Assembly: GCA_047241705.1 (NCBI GenBank) | Contig: JBKTJB010000007.1 | Span: 47,332-111,331 of the forward strand | Direction of reading: 5' to 3' | Length of the DNA stretch: 64,000 bases | DNA from: Streptococcus sp. | GTDB taxonomy: Bacteria; Bacillota; Bacilli; Lactobacillales; Streptococcaceae | Part shown: one piece after another, positions 62,992 to 64,000 of the stretch | How the letters are laid out: every line of letters starts with the position of its first letter | How positions within the stretch are numbered: position 1 is the stretch's first letter | The notes under the pieces: model-generated | Database searches by the model: none | The model's input: only the letters and a program-made list of their open reading frames with translations | Told to the model about the DNA's origin: nothing | Program-made: the position numbers and the translations under genes

Positions 62992-63544
62992 TTAGTTAAG
63001 GTCATAGTTCAAGTCACTTAAATCTTTCTTACCTTGTGTTTCTTCAGCAAGAAATGGAACTTGATGGATCCCTTTACACCTGCTACGATAGACGCCGGAA
63101 ATGAAACAATTTCTTGATTGATGTGGCTGACATTACTGTTAACAATTCGCTTCGCTGCAGCAAGATCTTCATTTTCGTCAGCAATTTCCTTTTGCAAGGC
63201 CAAGAATTGGTTAGAAGACAAGAGCTCTGGATAGTTTTCACCCACTGCACGAATTTGTGCCAAGACATCATTTTGATTGGTAATAACTTGGTTAGATTCT
63301 TGGATAGATGCTCCTTGACGTAAAGCAACTAAATCGGGTGAAAATCTCTTGTTCATGTTTGGCATAGAGCTTTGGCTACTTTTAGCATTTCCGAAATGGT
63401 ATCATAGCGTTTTACAAGGACGATATCAACGGTTCTCTTTGATTCTTCAATGGTCACTAGATAGCGATTGAGACGATTTCCTACACTAATAAACCAAATA
63501 GCCAATAGGGCAACAAATATGATTAAGCCGATAATGAGATTCAT
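62992..63544 (-). CDS. LemA family protein, frameshifted
   Basis: N-terminal TM, LVKRYDTI, ENYPEL and FPASIVA motifs. Confidence 0.8.
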
Positions 63545-64000
63545 GATGCTTCTCCTTCAAAAATTGCTGTTATTTCTTTAATTAAAGCTAGTTCTCTGCA
63601 TAATTTATGATATTCAGATACCAAAGATAGTTGATCAATATCTTCCGGTTTTTGGGGCGTCGGAAAGATATAGCGATCGGTATACAAAGAAATGAATAGT
63701 TTCTTGTCTTTCAAAAATACACACATGGCATTTTGAGAAATTTGTCGATCAAACCATTCTAACATCTTAGGGGTGAGAAATTTTCGGGCAGACAGTTCAT
63801 CCGTGCAGTAAATATTGTAATTCTCGTTATTGCGAATATCCTCTGTTTCAATCTGCACTTCATCCCCTCTGGCTCCAGGATAAACCCCATTCACCTCCCT
63901 CTTAAAAAGAAAGGATTTCTTGGTCGGAACCACCCGAAGATGACCCGAGAAATTGATCGGTAGACATAAAGAGAACACTTGTCCAAGGAAATCTGTAACT
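63541..64000 (-). CDS. DUF3137-like protein, 5' end outside window
   Basis: YNIYCTDELSARKFLTPKMLE motif; adjacent to LemA. Confidence 0.55.
   Translation of the reverse strand, partial: VTDFLGQVFSLCLPINFSGHLRVVPTKKSFLFKREVNGVYPGARGDEVQIETEDIRNNENYNIYCTDELSARKFLTPKMLEWFDRQISQNAMCVFLKDKKLFISLYTDRYIFPTPQKPEDIDQLSLVSEYHKLCRELALIKEITAIFEGEAS

Noticed and set aside
1..64000. Mass pseudogenisation or programmed frameshifting
   Set aside because: Breaks hit essential genes at random positions, which fits sequencing error better.
1..64000. tRNA or rRNA genes
   Set aside because: No recognisable cloverleaf or rRNA-conserved sequence was seen in the intergenic regions.

Overview
This is a 64-kb chromosomal segment from a Streptococcus, probably an oral viridans species (inferred from gene content). 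It spans the replication terminus: a canonical difSL site (34964-34994) lies just upstream of xerS, and genes switch from mostly + strand (1-36.1 kb) to almost entirely - strand after it. Nearly every gene, including essential ones, is broken by single-base indels. This pattern indicates uncorrected sequencing or assembly error rather than pseudogenisation, so gene ends are reconstructed by eye and are approximate. Left arm, in order: efeO-efeB-efeU-tatC-tatA, a low-GC accessory patch, guaC-[purine riboswitch]-xpt-pbuX, a MATE transporter, ilvD, the tdk-prfA-prmC-tsaC-glyA operon, guaA/GntR, an uncharacterised five-gene biosynthetic cluster (glycosyltransferase, SDR, MBL hydrolase, F390-like adenylating enzyme, FabH-like synthase), ylxM-ffh and xerS. 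Right arm: an orphan lactococcin-972-type membrane/ABC pair, an IS3-family element, the pdh/aco operon with lplA, an esterase-esterase-ATP-grasp cassette, dprA-topA-satD-DUF3307-trmFO, rbgA-rnhB-ROK, asd-dapA and LemA. The most interesting signals are (i) symmetric 11-6-11 palindromes resembling XerD half-sites that flank difSL, (ii) a SatD (cyclase-like fold plus probable HTH) and membrane DUF3307 pair behind a triple palindromic operator array, and (iii) the orphan acyl-glycoside-like biosynthetic cluster with a possible ComX box.
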